Of a stretch of DNA of 37,420 bases, positions 10,042 through 20,131 are shown in pieces (position 1 is the first letter of the stretch; every line of letters starts with the position of its first letter). Location of the stretch: NCBI GenBank assembly GCA_003644925.1, contig QNDS01000003.1:1-37420 (forward strand). The letters are read 5' to 3'. The notes below the pieces were generated by a model that saw only the letters and a list, made by a program, of their open reading frames with translations, searched no databases and was not told where the DNA came from. The DNA comes from Candidatus Fermentibacterota bacterium (GTDB lineage: Bacteria > Fermentibacterota > Fermentibacteria > Fermentibacterales > JCC-6). Position numbers and translations under genes: made by a program.

Positions 10042-11271
10042 CTATATCCTGAAGAGTATCTTTTCGCTGTTGAACATCCTCAGTGTCAGGTATATCAGAA
10101 TCGCTGATAATACGATACTGGACATACACGCCGTTGTGATACTGCTCCAGCTTGCACCCTGTATGAATATTTCCTTGAGAACAAGCAGAGAATTGATGAT
10201 GGGAGTCGATAGCATCCACTTTGGAGGCACATCTCCGGTCTGCATGGTTGCCATTCCCATTATCATGACAACGAAGTAAACCGGCATGATCATTCCCTGA
10301 CCCTCTTTTGCATTTCTCGCGAAAGTTGATACGATAAGAACCATGCTGGCCACAAGAACAGCCAGAGGGATGATAACGATAGCGAACTGGAGTATATGAA
10401 GTGTGCTCATACTGTAGCTCGAGATGGCTGCGCCCGATGCACCGAACATCCCCATAAAATATTTCGACCCGATGATGAGGCCTATTACTGAGCTTGCCGC
10501 TCCGACAATTGCGGCTATCATCACAGACATCATCTTGCCGATAACTATCGAAAGTCTGCTGACCTGATTAACCAGTGTCACGGCAAGAGTTCCCCTCTCC
10601 TTCTCACCGGCAACCGTATCAAGCCCTACTTTCATAGAATTTACAAAGAGGTAGATAATTATGAAGAAGGGAAGGAGAATACTGATTATCTTCCCTATCA
10701 CACTGCCTTCCTTAGCAAGATCGTACTGCATTGGAACTTCGTTTAAAGTGAATACTGTGAGTATCTCCTCCGAGAGGTCCCGCTCAAGGATTCTCTCTCT
10801 GACTATATCTCCATTGAGCGAAGCCATAACTTGACTGATCCTGCTGTAAGCGTGCTGTGAGTAATCTGCGGTGGAATTGAAATAGACACCAATATCGAAA
10901 GTGCTGCACCCGGCCAGGCTTTCATGTAAATTATCCGGCATTACAATTAGGAGTTCCTTTTCCTTCTCGGTTATGGCCAGTTTTATGGCATCAACCTCGC
11001 TTAACTGCACTATCTCAAGTTCAGTGTTGATCGATGATATTGCCTCTATGAAAGGACCCATAACAGTTTCGTTACCGATTCCTTCGTAAATGCAGATAGT
11101 CGATCTGAATGAAGTGATGTCAGAATCCCTGGATGCACCCATTTTTGCCATTACCGAGTACATCACTGGAAGCATGAGAAGAGGCAGGAGCACCAGCATG
11201 GCCAGCGTACGTCTGTCTGTGAAAATTCGCCTGAGTTCCTTTTTCAGAATGATGAAGCTGTCACTGAGCAT
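10042..11271 (-). CDS. ABC-2 permease, NatB-like (Na+ efflux type)
   Basis: KKELRRIFTDRRTL, AGEKERGTL, ARNAKEGQ; one TM, a large loop, then multiple TMs. Confidence 0.85.
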   Translation of the reverse strand: MLSDSFIILKKELRRIFTDRRTLAMLVLLPLLMLPVMYSVMAKMGASRDSDITSFRSTICIYEGIGNETVMGPFIEAISSINTELEIVQLSEVDAIKLAITEKEKELLIVMPDNLHESLAGCSTFDIGVYFNSTADYSQHAYSRISQVMASLNGDIVRERILERDLSEEILTVFTLNEVPMQYDLAKEGSVIGKIISILLPFFIIIYLFVNSMKVGLDTVAGEKERGTLAVTLVNQVSRLSIVIGKMMSVMIAAIVGAASSVIGLIIGSKYFMGMFGASGAAISSYSMSTLHILQFAIVIIPLAVLVASMVLIVSTFARNAKEGQGMIMPVYFVVMIMGMATMQTGDVPPKWMLSTPIINSLLVLKEIFIQGASWSSITTACMSSIVLSAILIYLTLRMFNSEKILFRI

Positions 11272-12031
11272 GGCTCACCTCCCCCTCCGAATCCGGGAGA
11301 ATGTAACCGAAGAATACATCCTCAAGGCTGTCCGAGGAATTGTTCTCAAGAATGTCCTTAAGAGAACCAATCTCTTTCAATTCACCCTCAACCAGTATCC
11401 CGAATCTGTCACATATCTTTTCCGCTACATTCATAATGTGAGTGGATATCACGATCGTTTTTCCCGCCTGTGCATACTTCGTGAGAAAATCGGTCACCGA
11501 TTTTGACGTGATCACATCAAGACCGTTGGTCGGCTCATCGAAAATGATGACCTCAGGATCATGAATAAGGCTTATGGCGATGGCCGTCTTCTGCTTCATG
11601 CCAGTGGAAAGCTTGTCTATCTTCTTATGAATAAAATCCGACATCTGCAGCTCGTTGAAGAGGTAATCTTTCCGTAACTGTATATCATCCTTGTTCATCT
11701 TGTTTAGAGCACCGAAATAATCCATCATGTAATCAGGAGTAAAAAATCCATCCAGTTTCATGTCCGAAGTAAGGAAACCAATTCTGGACCTAATGGCTTT
11801 CTCATCATCCAGCACACTGTACTGGTCGATAAATACATTGCCGCTGGTGGGTTTTATCAGGGTGGATATGCATCTAAGTGTAGTGGTTTTGCCGGCACCG
11901 TTGGGGCCGAGAAGTCCGAAGATCTCGCCCGGGCTGCATTCAAACGAAACGTCCTTGACCGCTTCAACGGTCTCTGTGGCATGTTTTTTCCTGTTCCTGT
12001 ACACTTTGCGAAGATTTTCAACCCTTAGCAA
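11261..12031 (-). CDS. ABC ATP-binding protein, NatA-like
   Basis: GPNGAGKTT, LSTGMKQK, IFDEPTNGLD, STH. Confidence 0.9.
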   Translation of the reverse strand: MLRVENLRKVYRNRKKHATETVEAVKDVSFECSPGEIFGLLGPNGAGKTTTLRCISTLIKPTSGNVFIDQYSVLDDEKAIRSRIGFLTSDMKLDGFFTPDYMMDYFGALNKMNKDDIQLRKDYLFNELQMSDFIHKKIDKLSTGMKQKTAIAISLIHDPEVIIFDEPTNGLDVITSKSVTDFLTKYAQAGKTIVISTHIMNVAEKICDRFGILVEGELKEIGSLKDILENNSSDSLEDVFFGYILPDSEGEVSHAQ

Positions 12032-12129
12032 TTCATCCCCCTTTGTTACTGCCCTGAGAAAGTTTGAATACTGAATAATAGGAACGAAGACGTTTTAATG
12101 CAAACTAGCAAATAAAATAACCATAATTA

Positions 12130-12168
12130 GGGACGGAGGTAATTAGAATTTTCAATTACCTCCGTCCC
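12130..12168. repeat. REP-like palindrome, copy 1
   Basis: GGGACGGAGGTAATT-agaattttc-AATTACCTCCGTCCC (15-bp perfect stem). Confidence 0.92.
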
Positions 12169-12181
12169 CAATCAATAGTCC

Positions 12182-12211
12182 TTGACAAATCAGAATATTA
12201 TACTATACATA
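12182..12211 (+). promoter_or_regulatory. Putative sigma70 promoter of RAYT
   Basis: Perfect TTGACA at 12182-12187; -10 candidates TATACA or TACATA at 16 or 18 bp; no RBS before ATG 12220 (possibly leaderless). Confidence 0.45.
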
Positions 12212-12219
12212 TGTTTAGT

Positions 12220-12903
12220 ATGGCAAGAATAGCAAGAACAGTAGTACCGGGAATTCCTCATCACATTGTACAGCGGGGAAACAGAAATCAGAATGTGTTC
12301 TTTTCCAACTCCGACAGGCTCAGATACCTCTACCATCTTAAAAAGATTTCATATGAGTACGGAGTTTCTTTTCTTTCATACTGCCTTATGGACAATCATG
12401 TTCATCTGATTGCAATTCCAGAAAAGGATGATTCGTTCTCACTATGCTTCAGAAAAGCTCATTCGATCTACTCAAGGCATATCAACTCACAGTTCGACTG
12501 GCGTGGACACCTATGGCAGAACCGGTTTCATTCAAGCCCCCTTGGCCCTTCATACCTCTACAATGCGATTCGTTACGTCGAACAGAATCCTGTACGTGCT
12601 GGAATAGTCAGGAATGCATGGGACTACAGGTGGTCAAGTGCAGGTTTTCACGTTGAAATAGTACTTTCTGATCCTCTAGTTCAATTAGACAGTAGCCTGA
12701 ACTCCATTGTAGATGATTGGCGAGCATATCTTTCAATAAATCCGGATACCCTTCATTTATTAGAATTACGCAAAGCTGCTAAAAGAAACAGGCCAGTAGG
12801 CAAAAAACAGTTCATGAAAGAGATGAAAGACAGATTTGGTATTCCTCTTATTGCTCGAAAACCCGGCAGGCGTAACGAAGAAATTGAAAAGGGACGGAGG
12901 TAA
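12220..12903 (+). CDS. REP-associated tyrosine transposase (RAYT; IS200/IS605 Y1 HUH superfamily)
   Basis: MARIAR...PHHIVQRGN, HUH motif YCLMDNHVHL, GHLWQNRF, catalytic Tyr in RYVEQNPVRAG, YRWSS. Stop codon lies inside REP copy 2. Alternative start 12211. Confidence 0.92.
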   Translation: MARIARTVVPGIPHHIVQRGNRNQNVFFSNSDRLRYLYHLKKISYEYGVSFLSYCLMDNHVHLIAIPEKDDSFSLCFRKAHSIYSRHINSQFDWRGHLWQNRFHSSPLGPSYLYNAIRYVEQNPVRAGIVRNAWDYRWSSAGFHVEIVLSDPLVQLDSSLNSIVDDWRAYLSINPDTLHLLELRKAAKRNRPVGKKQFMKEMKDRFGIPLIARKPGRRNEEIEKGRR

Positions 12904-12929
12904 TTGAATTTTTCAATTACCTCCGTCCC
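12891..12929. repeat. REP-like palindrome, copy 2
   Basis: GGGACGGAGGTAATTGAA-ttt-TTCAATTACCTCCGTCCC (18-bp perfect stem), between the convergent stops of RAYT and the oxidoreductase. Confidence 0.92.
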
Positions 12930-12935
12930 TAATTA

Positions 12936-15900
12936 CTAAATTACGCGGAAGCGTTCGGTACCTATTTCAAGTATTTCCTTGCGGTACTCCTGGGAATGTG
13001 TCATCGGTGGCTGGATCGAAGCCGCCCTGGCATCGGCCGAAACGGAAATAAGCATTCCCCTGCCATCCCAGTTCCTCTCCTCCCCGGTATTCCAGTAGAA
13101 CCGTGCAAGATCTCCGAGTTTATCTCTTACAATACTATCAATACTCTCAACTGACGCATCAATACCGAATGCTCCTGCCAGAGCTTCAAGAACTTCCACA
13201 CCGGTTTTCCCCGACGGCGGTGCTACCGCTTTGGCGTACTCGATCAGGTTTCCTTCGAAGTTGCACCTTGATCCGGGAGTCTCAAGAAAAGTTGAACCCG
13301 GAAGTGTAACATCAGCGAACCTGGTTGTTTCGGTATCGGTCCAGTCCATGGCAGCAATGAAATCAGTATTACGGAACCAGGAACCCGGTCTGTTGTACTC
13401 CAACGGGTTCTCACCGATTATCAGCGCCGCTCTGATCGTACCTGCCTCAAGAATCTGCCACAGTTCCTGGCTTGTTGAAGCTCCGGGCAGCTTCTCGGCT
13501 GGAGCTGATCTACCAGGCAGGAATGCAGGATCGGCTCCCATTACCTCAAGACCTGCGCTGTTCGCAATCAGCCTGGGAAGAAGCACATCTGAAACCTTAC
13601 CCGCTTCTCTAAGCAGCAGGACCAGATCGGCGAATATTTCCATGTCATCCGGCGACGAACCCTGTGCTCTATCCGGACTGTGAATGAAAACAACATTTTC
13701 CGAATGACGGATAAGTTCAGCCGTTTCGTAAATATCTGATTCCTCCGCACCGGATCTGGCAGCTGATAATTCTACGGAAACCTCCCTGTTCAGAAGGAAC
13801 TCTTTGCCTCCGTCAATGTCTGCCGGAGAGACATCTCCATCATCTATGAGAACCTGCATAACAGCATTCCAGAAGATCGATGCCCTGCCTCTCATTGGAT
13901 CTACAGCAAGGGCTGCAAGGTGCTGATCCATAGAGTCAAGAGCTGAGTTCGAAACAATGAGCTTCGCCCCCTCCTTGACAGCCTGGATAACATCCACTGC
14001 AAGTATCAGATGATCAGATTGAAGGGATGTATTGTTGCAGATGATCAGATCAGCGTTTTCAAGACAGCTTCTGTCTGATGTGGAAGACGTGAAGCCGAAA
14101 GCAGGATCAAGGACACCGCTGCGCCCTCCGCCTGAGAGTATTGCGAGTGAGCCAATGTTGTTCGTCCCTATACCCTCCCTTGCAATTCTGCCTGCAAGGT
14201 AGAGTTCTTCATTTGTAAGTTCGGGGGATACGAAAACTGCAACGCTTTCGGGACCATGCTCATCGGCCACCTGCTTCAAAGATTCTACTATTCTTTCATT
14301 CGCCACCTCGAAACTCACCGGGCTGTAGGAATAGCCATCTTTCGCTGTTGGGCCTGTGAACCTTTTCTGCTTAATAAAATACTCCTGTCCGAACCGGCCG
14401 TATCTGCACAGATATTCTCCCGGTATTCCAGGCGATGCTATGAAATACCTTCCCTCACCAAAGGATCTTACGAGAATCTCACAGCCGAGCGAGCAGAAAC
14501 CGCAGTGAGTTTTTACATCTTCAGTTTCAAGACAGGCTCTTCCGGAGAAGGGGAATTTCACTGTAAGAGCTCCCGTCGGACAGGCATCAATACAGTTACC
14601 GCAGCTCACGCAGCTTGTTGAGACGAGAGGATCATTCATGGCAGGGCGCATTTCCGTTCTGAAACCCCTGCCGACAAATCCGATGGCAGAAACCGGCAGC
14701 ACTCTCGCGCATGTCCTGATGCATCTTGCGCAGAGAACGCACTTGTTAGGATCGTAGGAGATATACGGATGGCGGTCATCAACCTTGTGCTTTCGCACAT
14801 AACCCTTGAAATGCTCCATATCCACGCCGTATTCCTCACCGTAAAGCCTCAGGTCGCAGTCATCGAACCTCACGCAGCCGCATGACAGGCAGCGGTCGCA
14901 TTCATGCTCATTATCCTCGGGTTCAAAACCAGTTGCCACTTCAAGGAAGTTATTACGTCTGTCGTCCACATCTATCTGATGAACTTCGTGACGAGGTGAT
15001 TCTTTTATATCACCAAGCTCTGCTTTCCCGGGTTTTGACCAGAATTCCTTGTTGACAACGAAGGGATTTGGTTCAAGTTCCTCATTCAGAAGCCAGGCTT
15101 TTATTGCTTTTGCGGCTTTCTGCCCGTCTCTGATAGCATCGATGGCAACAGTGGGTCCATCATCAGCAGCATCTCCCCCTGCAAATACACCCTCAATATT
15201 GGTTTTCATTGTGTTTGCATCGATGACGTAGGTGTTCCACCTGGTAAGATCAAGCTCACCTTCATCTGTATCTACAAGACCGTCGAGAACGGTATTCTGA
15301 CCGATGGCAGAAATAGCAAGATCGCAGGGAAGATCGAATTCGGCACCCTCAATCGGGACCGGGCGACGTCTTCCGGAATCATCAGGCTCACCGAGCTTCA
15401 TCCTCTGGCAATGAAGGGCACTGATCATGCCGTTCTTCTTAATAATCCCAGTTGGAGCAGCCAGCTCCATTATTTCTATGCCCTCTTCCAGGCAATCTTC
15501 GATCTCCATCTTATCGGCAGGCATTTCAGCTTTAGTTCTCCTGTAGAGAACGATAACCTTATCAGCATTAAGCCTCCACGCCATCCGGGCGGCATCCATA
15601 GCGGTATTACCTCCGCCGACAACAACCACTGTCCCAGAGAGCAACGCGGGATCATCAGCTTTTTCAACAAGAAAATCTGCACCGGTTACTACGCCCTCTG
15701 TATCGAATTCACCTTCAACCCGCATGGCTTTTCCAGTCCAGGCTCCCGGACCAACAAAGACAGCGTCATGTTTTTCCCTCAGCTCCTCAAGGGTCACATC
15801 TTGTCCAACACGAACACCGCATCTGATCTCCGCACCTGTACGGCAGATATATTCAACCTCCCTGTCGAGTATCTCATCGGGAAGCCTGTATTCCGGAATA

Positions 15901-16601
15901 CCGTAACGCAGCATTCCACCGGTACGTTCTTTGGCTTCGTAAATAACAGGTTTTATCCCGCTTTTCCCCAGGAACCATGCAGCTGTGAGGCCTGCTGGTC
16001 CTGAGCCAATGATCGCAACAGTTTTTCCCGTATCAGGGGCACATTCAGGTACTGTATCGTACGCTTCCGGTGAATCGGAAACGAACCTTTTGATGTTGTT
16101 AATAGCGACGGGAGCATCTATATCCATTCTCCTGCACTCGTCCTCGCACTTGCGAACACAGACACGTGCACACATGGCTGGAAGCGGGTTCTTCTCGCGA
16201 ATGAGATCAACCGCCTTCTGATACTGCCCCATTGCGGATAGAGCTATGTATCCCTGAGCGTCAACACCTGCCGGGCAACCCTCCATACAGGGGGATATGC
16301 AATCCGCGTAATGATTGGAAAGCAGAAGTTCCAGAGCAGTTTTCCGGGATGCAAGGATTCTTTCGTTCCTTGTTTCGATCTCCATATCCTGCGCAATGCG
16401 CGTGGCGCATGCTGGAACCAGGTTACCTCTGCCCTTAACCTGCACAACACATACAAAACAGGAGCCGTACGGCTCCAGCTCCGGTGAGTGGCACAGGGTT
16501 GGGATACTGTCCAATCCATTCTCATGGACCACCTCAAGAATAGTCTTTCCTGGAGTGGCCTCGATCTCCTTACCGTTGATCTTTAATCTGATCTTATCCA
16601 T
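12936..16601 (-). CDS. Large subunit of a Bfu-family complex, StnC-like: [2Fe-2S] + GltD/NfnB-like FAD-NADP domain + [4Fe-4S] clusters + molybdopterin-oxidoreductase fold
   Basis: PTLC..GSCFVC..PAC; SPCMEGCP, CARVCVRKCEDEC; GSGPAG, GGMLRYGIPEYRL, GGGNTAMD, YRR, FAGGD; CVLCARCIRTC, CVSCGNCIDACP; CGFCSLGC..LC. No Mo-ligating Cys/Sec after GTNNI; no H-cluster motifs. Confidence 0.8.
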   Translation of the reverse strand: MDKIRLKINGKEIEATPGKTILEVVHENGLDSIPTLCHSPELEPYGSCFVCVVQVKGRGNLVPACATRIAQDMEIETRNERILASRKTALELLLSNHYADCISPCMEGCPAGVDAQGYIALSAMGQYQKAVDLIREKNPLPAMCARVCVRKCEDECRRMDIDAPVAINNIKRFVSDSPEAYDTVPECAPDTGKTVAIIGSGPAGLTAAWFLGKSGIKPVIYEAKERTGGMLRYGIPEYRLPDEILDREVEYICRTGAEIRCGVRVGQDVTLEELREKHDAVFVGPGAWTGKAMRVEGEFDTEGVVTGADFLVEKADDPALLSGTVVVVGGGNTAMDAARMAWRLNADKVIVLYRRTKAEMPADKMEIEDCLEEGIEIMELAAPTGIIKKNGMISALHCQRMKLGEPDDSGRRRPVPIEGAEFDLPCDLAISAIGQNTVLDGLVDTDEGELDLTRWNTYVIDANTMKTNIEGVFAGGDAADDGPTVAIDAIRDGQKAAKAIKAWLLNEELEPNPFVVNKEFWSKPGKAELGDIKESPRHEVHQIDVDDRRNNFLEVATGFEPEDNEHECDRCLSCGCVRFDDCDLRLYGEEYGVDMEHFKGYVRKHKVDDRHPYISYDPNKCVLCARCIRTCARVLPVSAIGFVGRGFRTEMRPAMNDPLVSTSCVSCGNCIDACPTGALTVKFPFSGRACLETEDVKTHCGFCSLGCEILVRSFGEGRYFIASPGIPGEYLCRYGRFGQEYFIKQKRFTGPTAKDGYSYSPVSFEVANERIVESLKQVADEHGPESVAVFVSPELTNEELYLAGRIAREGIGTNNIGSLAILSGGGRSGVLDPAFGFTSSTSDRSCLENADLIICNNTSLQSDHLILAVDVIQAVKEGAKLIVSNSALDSMDQHLAALAVDPMRGRASIFWNAVMQVLIDDGDVSPADIDGGKEFLLNREVSVELSAARSGAEESDIYETAELIRHSENVVFIHSPDRAQGSSPDDMEIFADLVLLLREAGKVSDVLLPRLIANSAGLEVMGADPAFLPGRSAPAEKLPGASTSQELWQILEAGTIRAALIIGENPLEYNRPGSWFRNTDFIAAMDWTDTETTRFADVTLPGSTFLETPGSRCNFEGNLIEYAKAVAPPSGKTGVEVLEALAGAFGIDASVESIDSIVRDKLGDLARFYWNTGEERNWDGRGMLISVSADARAASIQPPMTHSQEYRKEILEIGTERFRVI

Positions 16602-16610
16602 TGGCCGCTC

Positions 16611-18392
16611 CTACCTTGTAATTACTGCGCCGAAGTTGCAGCTTGTCATACACTTGCCACAATTAACGCAGGCTTCGATGTTAATCACGTGAACTTCTTT
16701 TACTTTGCCTGAAATGGCATCTACCGGACAGTTCTTAGCACAGAGAGTACACCCAACACACTTATCCGGGATGATATAGAATTCTACAAGCGCCTGGCAT
16801 TCACCGGCGGGACACTTCTTCTCGTGAATATGAGCATTATACTCGTCAAGGTAGTAGCGGATCGTTGTCTGTACCGGGTTAGGAGCGGTCTGTCCCAATC
16901 CGCATAGACTTGCTTCCTTTATCTGGATAGACAGCTGCTCGAGTTTTTCAATGTCCTCCGGCTCACCCTCTCCCCGGGTCAGTCTTTCCAGGATCTCAAG
17001 CATTCTCAGGGTCCCAATCCTGCAGAAAGTACATTTACCGCAGGATTCCTTCTGTGTGAAATCAAGGAAAAATCTTGCTATTTCAACCATGCATATATCC
17101 TCATCCATAACAACCATGCCGCCGGAGCCCATGATAGCGCCGGTGGCGGGGATGGATTCGAAATCCACGGGAGTATCCTTCATAGAAGCGGGGATGCAGC
17201 CTCCTGAGGGTCCGCCCATCTGAACAGCTTTGAATTCCTTCCCTTCCTTGATCCCTCCACCTATCTTGAAAACGAGATCCTCGATTGTTGTACCCATTGG
17301 AACTTCAGCCAGTCCTCCATGAACCACTTTCCCGGCCAGCGCGAATACCTTGGTTCCGGGACTTTTTTCTGTTCCGAAGGCTGTATAGGCTTCAGCACCA
17401 TTGCATATTATCCAGGGTACGTTCGCAAAGGTCTCAACATTGTTATTATTGGTAGGTTTCTGCCACAGACCCTTCTCCGCAGGAAATGGCGGGCGTATAC
17501 GGGGCATCCCGCGTTCTCCTTCGATAGATGCAAACAATGCGGTTTCTTCTCCGCAGACGAAAGCTCCCGCGCCCTGCTTTATCTTCAGGTCGAAATCGAA
17601 TCCGCTGCCGATGATATTCGTTCCAAGGTACCCCCGCTGTCTGGCCTCCGCAATGGCTATTTCCAGCCTGTGAATAGCCAGAGGATACTCGGCTCTGCAA
17701 TAGATATATCCGAATGTTGCTCCTATAGCCTTTGCGCAGATTATCATCCCTTCAAGGATCGCGTGGGGATCGCCCTCAAGAACCGACCTGTCCATGAACG
17801 CTCCGGGATCACCTTCATCAGCGTTGCAGACAACATATTTCTGATCTCCCTCATTCGCTGCAGCGAAGGACCACTTCAGACCTGTAGGGAATCCCGCTCC
17901 TCCGCGTCCGCGCAGCCCCGAGTCCTTGATGGTCTGGATTATCTCCGAAGGGGTCATTTCAGTAAGAGCTTTCCTAACTCCCTGATAACCTCCAGCGTTC
18001 TCGTAGTCTTCTATCGATTCGGGATCTATCGTACCGCAGTTGCGAAGTACGATTCTCTCCTGAAGATCAAGGAAATCAGACTCAGAACCGCAGGTGCTCC
18101 CATCAGGCCAGCAGGCATAAACAAGATTATCATCATCAATTACTTCGTTACCAAGAATGTGCTTACTGAAGATCTCCTCTGCAGATTCGGGGGTTACTCC
18201 GCCGTAGAATACTCTACTGTCCCCTTCTCTCACTTCAACCAGCGGCTCTCTGTAGCACATACCTATGCAGCCTGTTCTTGTAAGCATGCAAACATCAGGG
18301 TTAGCTGCTGCGAGTACAGAAAGTTTGTCGTAAGCCGCCTGAGCGCCGGCGGATAAACCGCAAGTACCCATTCCTACCACTATTTTCTTCAT
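16611..18392 (-). CDS. NuoF/HydB-like FMN/NADH subunit (BfuB/StnB type)
   Basis: Thioredoxin-like FeS N-domain (GTCG, TGCIGMC), GRGGAGFPTG, CNADEGDPGAFMD, GAGAFVCGEETAL, SCGKCTFCR, SLCGLG, H...KCPAGEC, C-terminal 2x[4Fe-4S]. Confidence 0.9.
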   Translation of the reverse strand: MKKIVVGMGTCGLSAGAQAAYDKLSVLAAANPDVCMLTRTGCIGMCYREPLVEVREGDSRVFYGGVTPESAEEIFSKHILGNEVIDDDNLVYACWPDGSTCGSESDFLDLQERIVLRNCGTIDPESIEDYENAGGYQGVRKALTEMTPSEIIQTIKDSGLRGRGGAGFPTGLKWSFAAANEGDQKYVVCNADEGDPGAFMDRSVLEGDPHAILEGMIICAKAIGATFGYIYCRAEYPLAIHRLEIAIAEARQRGYLGTNIIGSGFDFDLKIKQGAGAFVCGEETALFASIEGERGMPRIRPPFPAEKGLWQKPTNNNNVETFANVPWIICNGAEAYTAFGTEKSPGTKVFALAGKVVHGGLAEVPMGTTIEDLVFKIGGGIKEGKEFKAVQMGGPSGGCIPASMKDTPVDFESIPATGAIMGSGGMVVMDEDICMVEIARFFLDFTQKESCGKCTFCRIGTLRMLEILERLTRGEGEPEDIEKLEQLSIQIKEASLCGLGQTAPNPVQTTIRYYLDEYNAHIHEKKCPAGECQALVEFYIIPDKCVGCTLCAKNCPVDAISGKVKEVHVINIEACVNCGKCMTSCNFGAVITR

Positions 18393-18442
18393 TCATTGCT
18401 CCAGACATTTTTCACAAAAGGACAGTTCGTATGATTATCAGA

Positions 18443-18961
18443 TCAGATACCCTCTGCAGTTACTGCGATTGAATCGGTATTTGCATCGGCCATCTTTCTG
18501 TAATTGCGAAGGATCTTCCGAACAGAGGCGGGTGTAAGGCTGCCGTGTGTATCGTCGTTGATCATTATGACAGGTGCAAGTGAACAACACCCTATACATG
18601 CCACAGTATTGAGAGTGAACAATCCATCTTCAGTAGTACCGTCCACTTCGATACCCAGCTCATCTTCGACCGTTTCCCTTATCAGTTTTGCCCCCGAAAC
18701 ATGGCAGGCCGTTCCCGCACATACACGGATAACGTATTTACCCATGGGCTGCAGCCTGAACTGGCTGTAGAATGTAATGACTCCGTATATATCGGATTCA
18801 GGTATGGCTGTTACGCCGGCTATATAGTTTATTGCGCGCCTTGGAATGTACCCGAAATGTTCCTGGGCAGACTGAAGAAGGGGTATAAGCTCTCCGGGAG
18901 CTCCATTATATCTCCACAGTCTGTAGTTGAAATTCTCCTGTTTTGCAGCCGTTTTCATCAC
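18443..18961 (-). CDS. NuoE/HydC-like [2Fe-2S] subunit (BfuC/StnA type)
   Basis: GVITFYSQF, VCAGTACH, VACIGCCSLAP. Confidence 0.9.
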   Translation of the reverse strand: MMKTAAKQENFNYRLWRYNGAPGELIPLLQSAQEHFGYIPRRAINYIAGVTAIPESDIYGVITFYSQFRLQPMGKYVIRVCAGTACHVSGAKLIRETVEDELGIEVDGTTEDGLFTLNTVACIGCCSLAPVIMINDDTHGSLTPASVRKILRNYRKMADANTDSIAVTAEGI

Positions 18962-19058
18962 TCCCTTCTCGCACCTTTCTTTGTATATCAGGTGCAGGAT
19001 TCAGTGCGAACAACATGGTTGCACCGCTCCTGTGAAAGTAAGAAGTTCTTCAGTAAAA

Positions 19059-20045
19059 TCAGTCTTCGATCAGCTTTATGACTTTTGCTTCCCGAACCCT
19101 GAGTACACCATCTATCTGATTAAGTTTCTGAATTATCCGAGGTGTTTTTCCCATAGCTCCGTGACCAGTGATCATTCCTACCAGTTTTGAACCGTTTTCT
19201 ATCACATCGCAGAAAACCACCTCATCGATAAAGAACACAGTGGTGAATATCTGCTGTATAGCGCCGGGGTCGATATCAACGATTATGTAGCTCATGGTTC
19301 CAGGCTGCCTTCTGGCATCGGCCTGAGCATCATGTTTTACAGCATGCTGATATGTCTCTATGAACTGATCAACATCTCTATCGAGTTTCGGGCGCTCAAT
19401 CTGGGACATGGAGACAACTTCGATGCCATCCATACTCTTGATCCTGCTGAATATTTCCTGTATTTCAGATGTGGAAGAAGCCTGCACCAGCAGTATGATA
19501 TCGAAATCTCCTCTGACGGCGTCACATGACTGAATACCATTCATCTTGTACAGGGAATCGTAGATTTCCATGCTTCTGTCCGGTTCTGTTATCTTCACTG
19601 TGAGATAGCCGCTTACCGATTCCCTCATACCATCATCGGCGGCTTCTTCTGGAACTTCCGTATCGGTCTTCCCGGGTGAGAGTTCTTCCAGCGCATCAAC
19701 AAGCTCAGATATCTCGAAAGGCTTGTCAAGATATCCGGTATTGTGCTCCGAGAGCGCGGTAAGCATCAATCTTTCATCCCCGAAACCTGTTATTACTAGA
19801 ACGGGAAGGTCGGGATACTGGTTCTTTATGACCTTCAGTATCTTGAGCCCATCAATATCCGGCATGAATATGTCGGTGATAAGATAATCGTAGGCTAGTC
19901 CTTTTTCCCTGGCCTGGTTCAGTTCATGAATCGCGGAAATGCCGTCCGGACAGGCAACTGCAGTGTAATCCTCCTGAGTGAGACCTATAGTGAGATTTCG
20001 GCGGATCTCTGCCTCGTCATCGATAATTAATACGCGGCCTTTCAA
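19059..20045 (-). CDS. Response regulator: REC domain plus two Lrp/AsnC ligand-binding (RAM)-like domains, no HTH
   Basis: IIDDE, TDIFMP, ITGFG, DKPF; then GYLTVK...CDAVRGDFDIILLV...IKSMDGI and SYIIVDI...LNQIDGV. Confidence 0.8.
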   Translation of the reverse strand: MKGRVLIIDDEAEIRRNLTIGLTQEDYTAVACPDGISAIHELNQAREKGLAYDYLITDIFMPDIDGLKILKVIKNQYPDLPVLVITGFGDERLMLTALSEHNTGYLDKPFEISELVDALEELSPGKTDTEVPEEAADDGMRESVSGYLTVKITEPDRSMEIYDSLYKMNGIQSCDAVRGDFDIILLVQASSTSEIQEIFSRIKSMDGIEVVSMSQIERPKLDRDVDQFIETYQHAVKHDAQADARRQPGTMSYIIVDIDPGAIQQIFTTVFFIDEVVFCDVIENGSKLVGMITGHGAMGKTPRIIQKLNQIDGVLRVREAKVIKLIED

Positions 20046-20131
20046 TTGATGCCTCCTCTATTCAGCTTGATTTTTCTAGGAATGGTGGAACGCTACGTTC
20101 CGCCTGCTTAAAAGTCAAGAACACCACCTTT

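Larger units (their letters stand above)
12124..12935. mobile_element. RAYT/REP element (REPtron-like)
   Basis: Y1 HUH transposase flanked by two 39-bp palindromes. Outer ends are perfect 21-bp inverted repeats: TAATTAGGGACGGAGGTAATT (12124-12144) and its reverse complement (12915-12935). Confidence 0.85.

Noticed and set aside
17319-18356. Long antisense ORFs (also 20231-21115, 8187-8909, 7506-8168, 15411-16004)
   Set aside because: Shadow frames opposite well-supported genes, with no motifs or RBS.
12936-18961. Respiratory complex I, [FeFe]-hydrogenase or formate dehydrogenase
   Set aside because: No membrane Nuo subunits nearby, no H-cluster motifs, no Mo-ligating Cys/Sec; the large subunit contains a GltD-like flavin domain.
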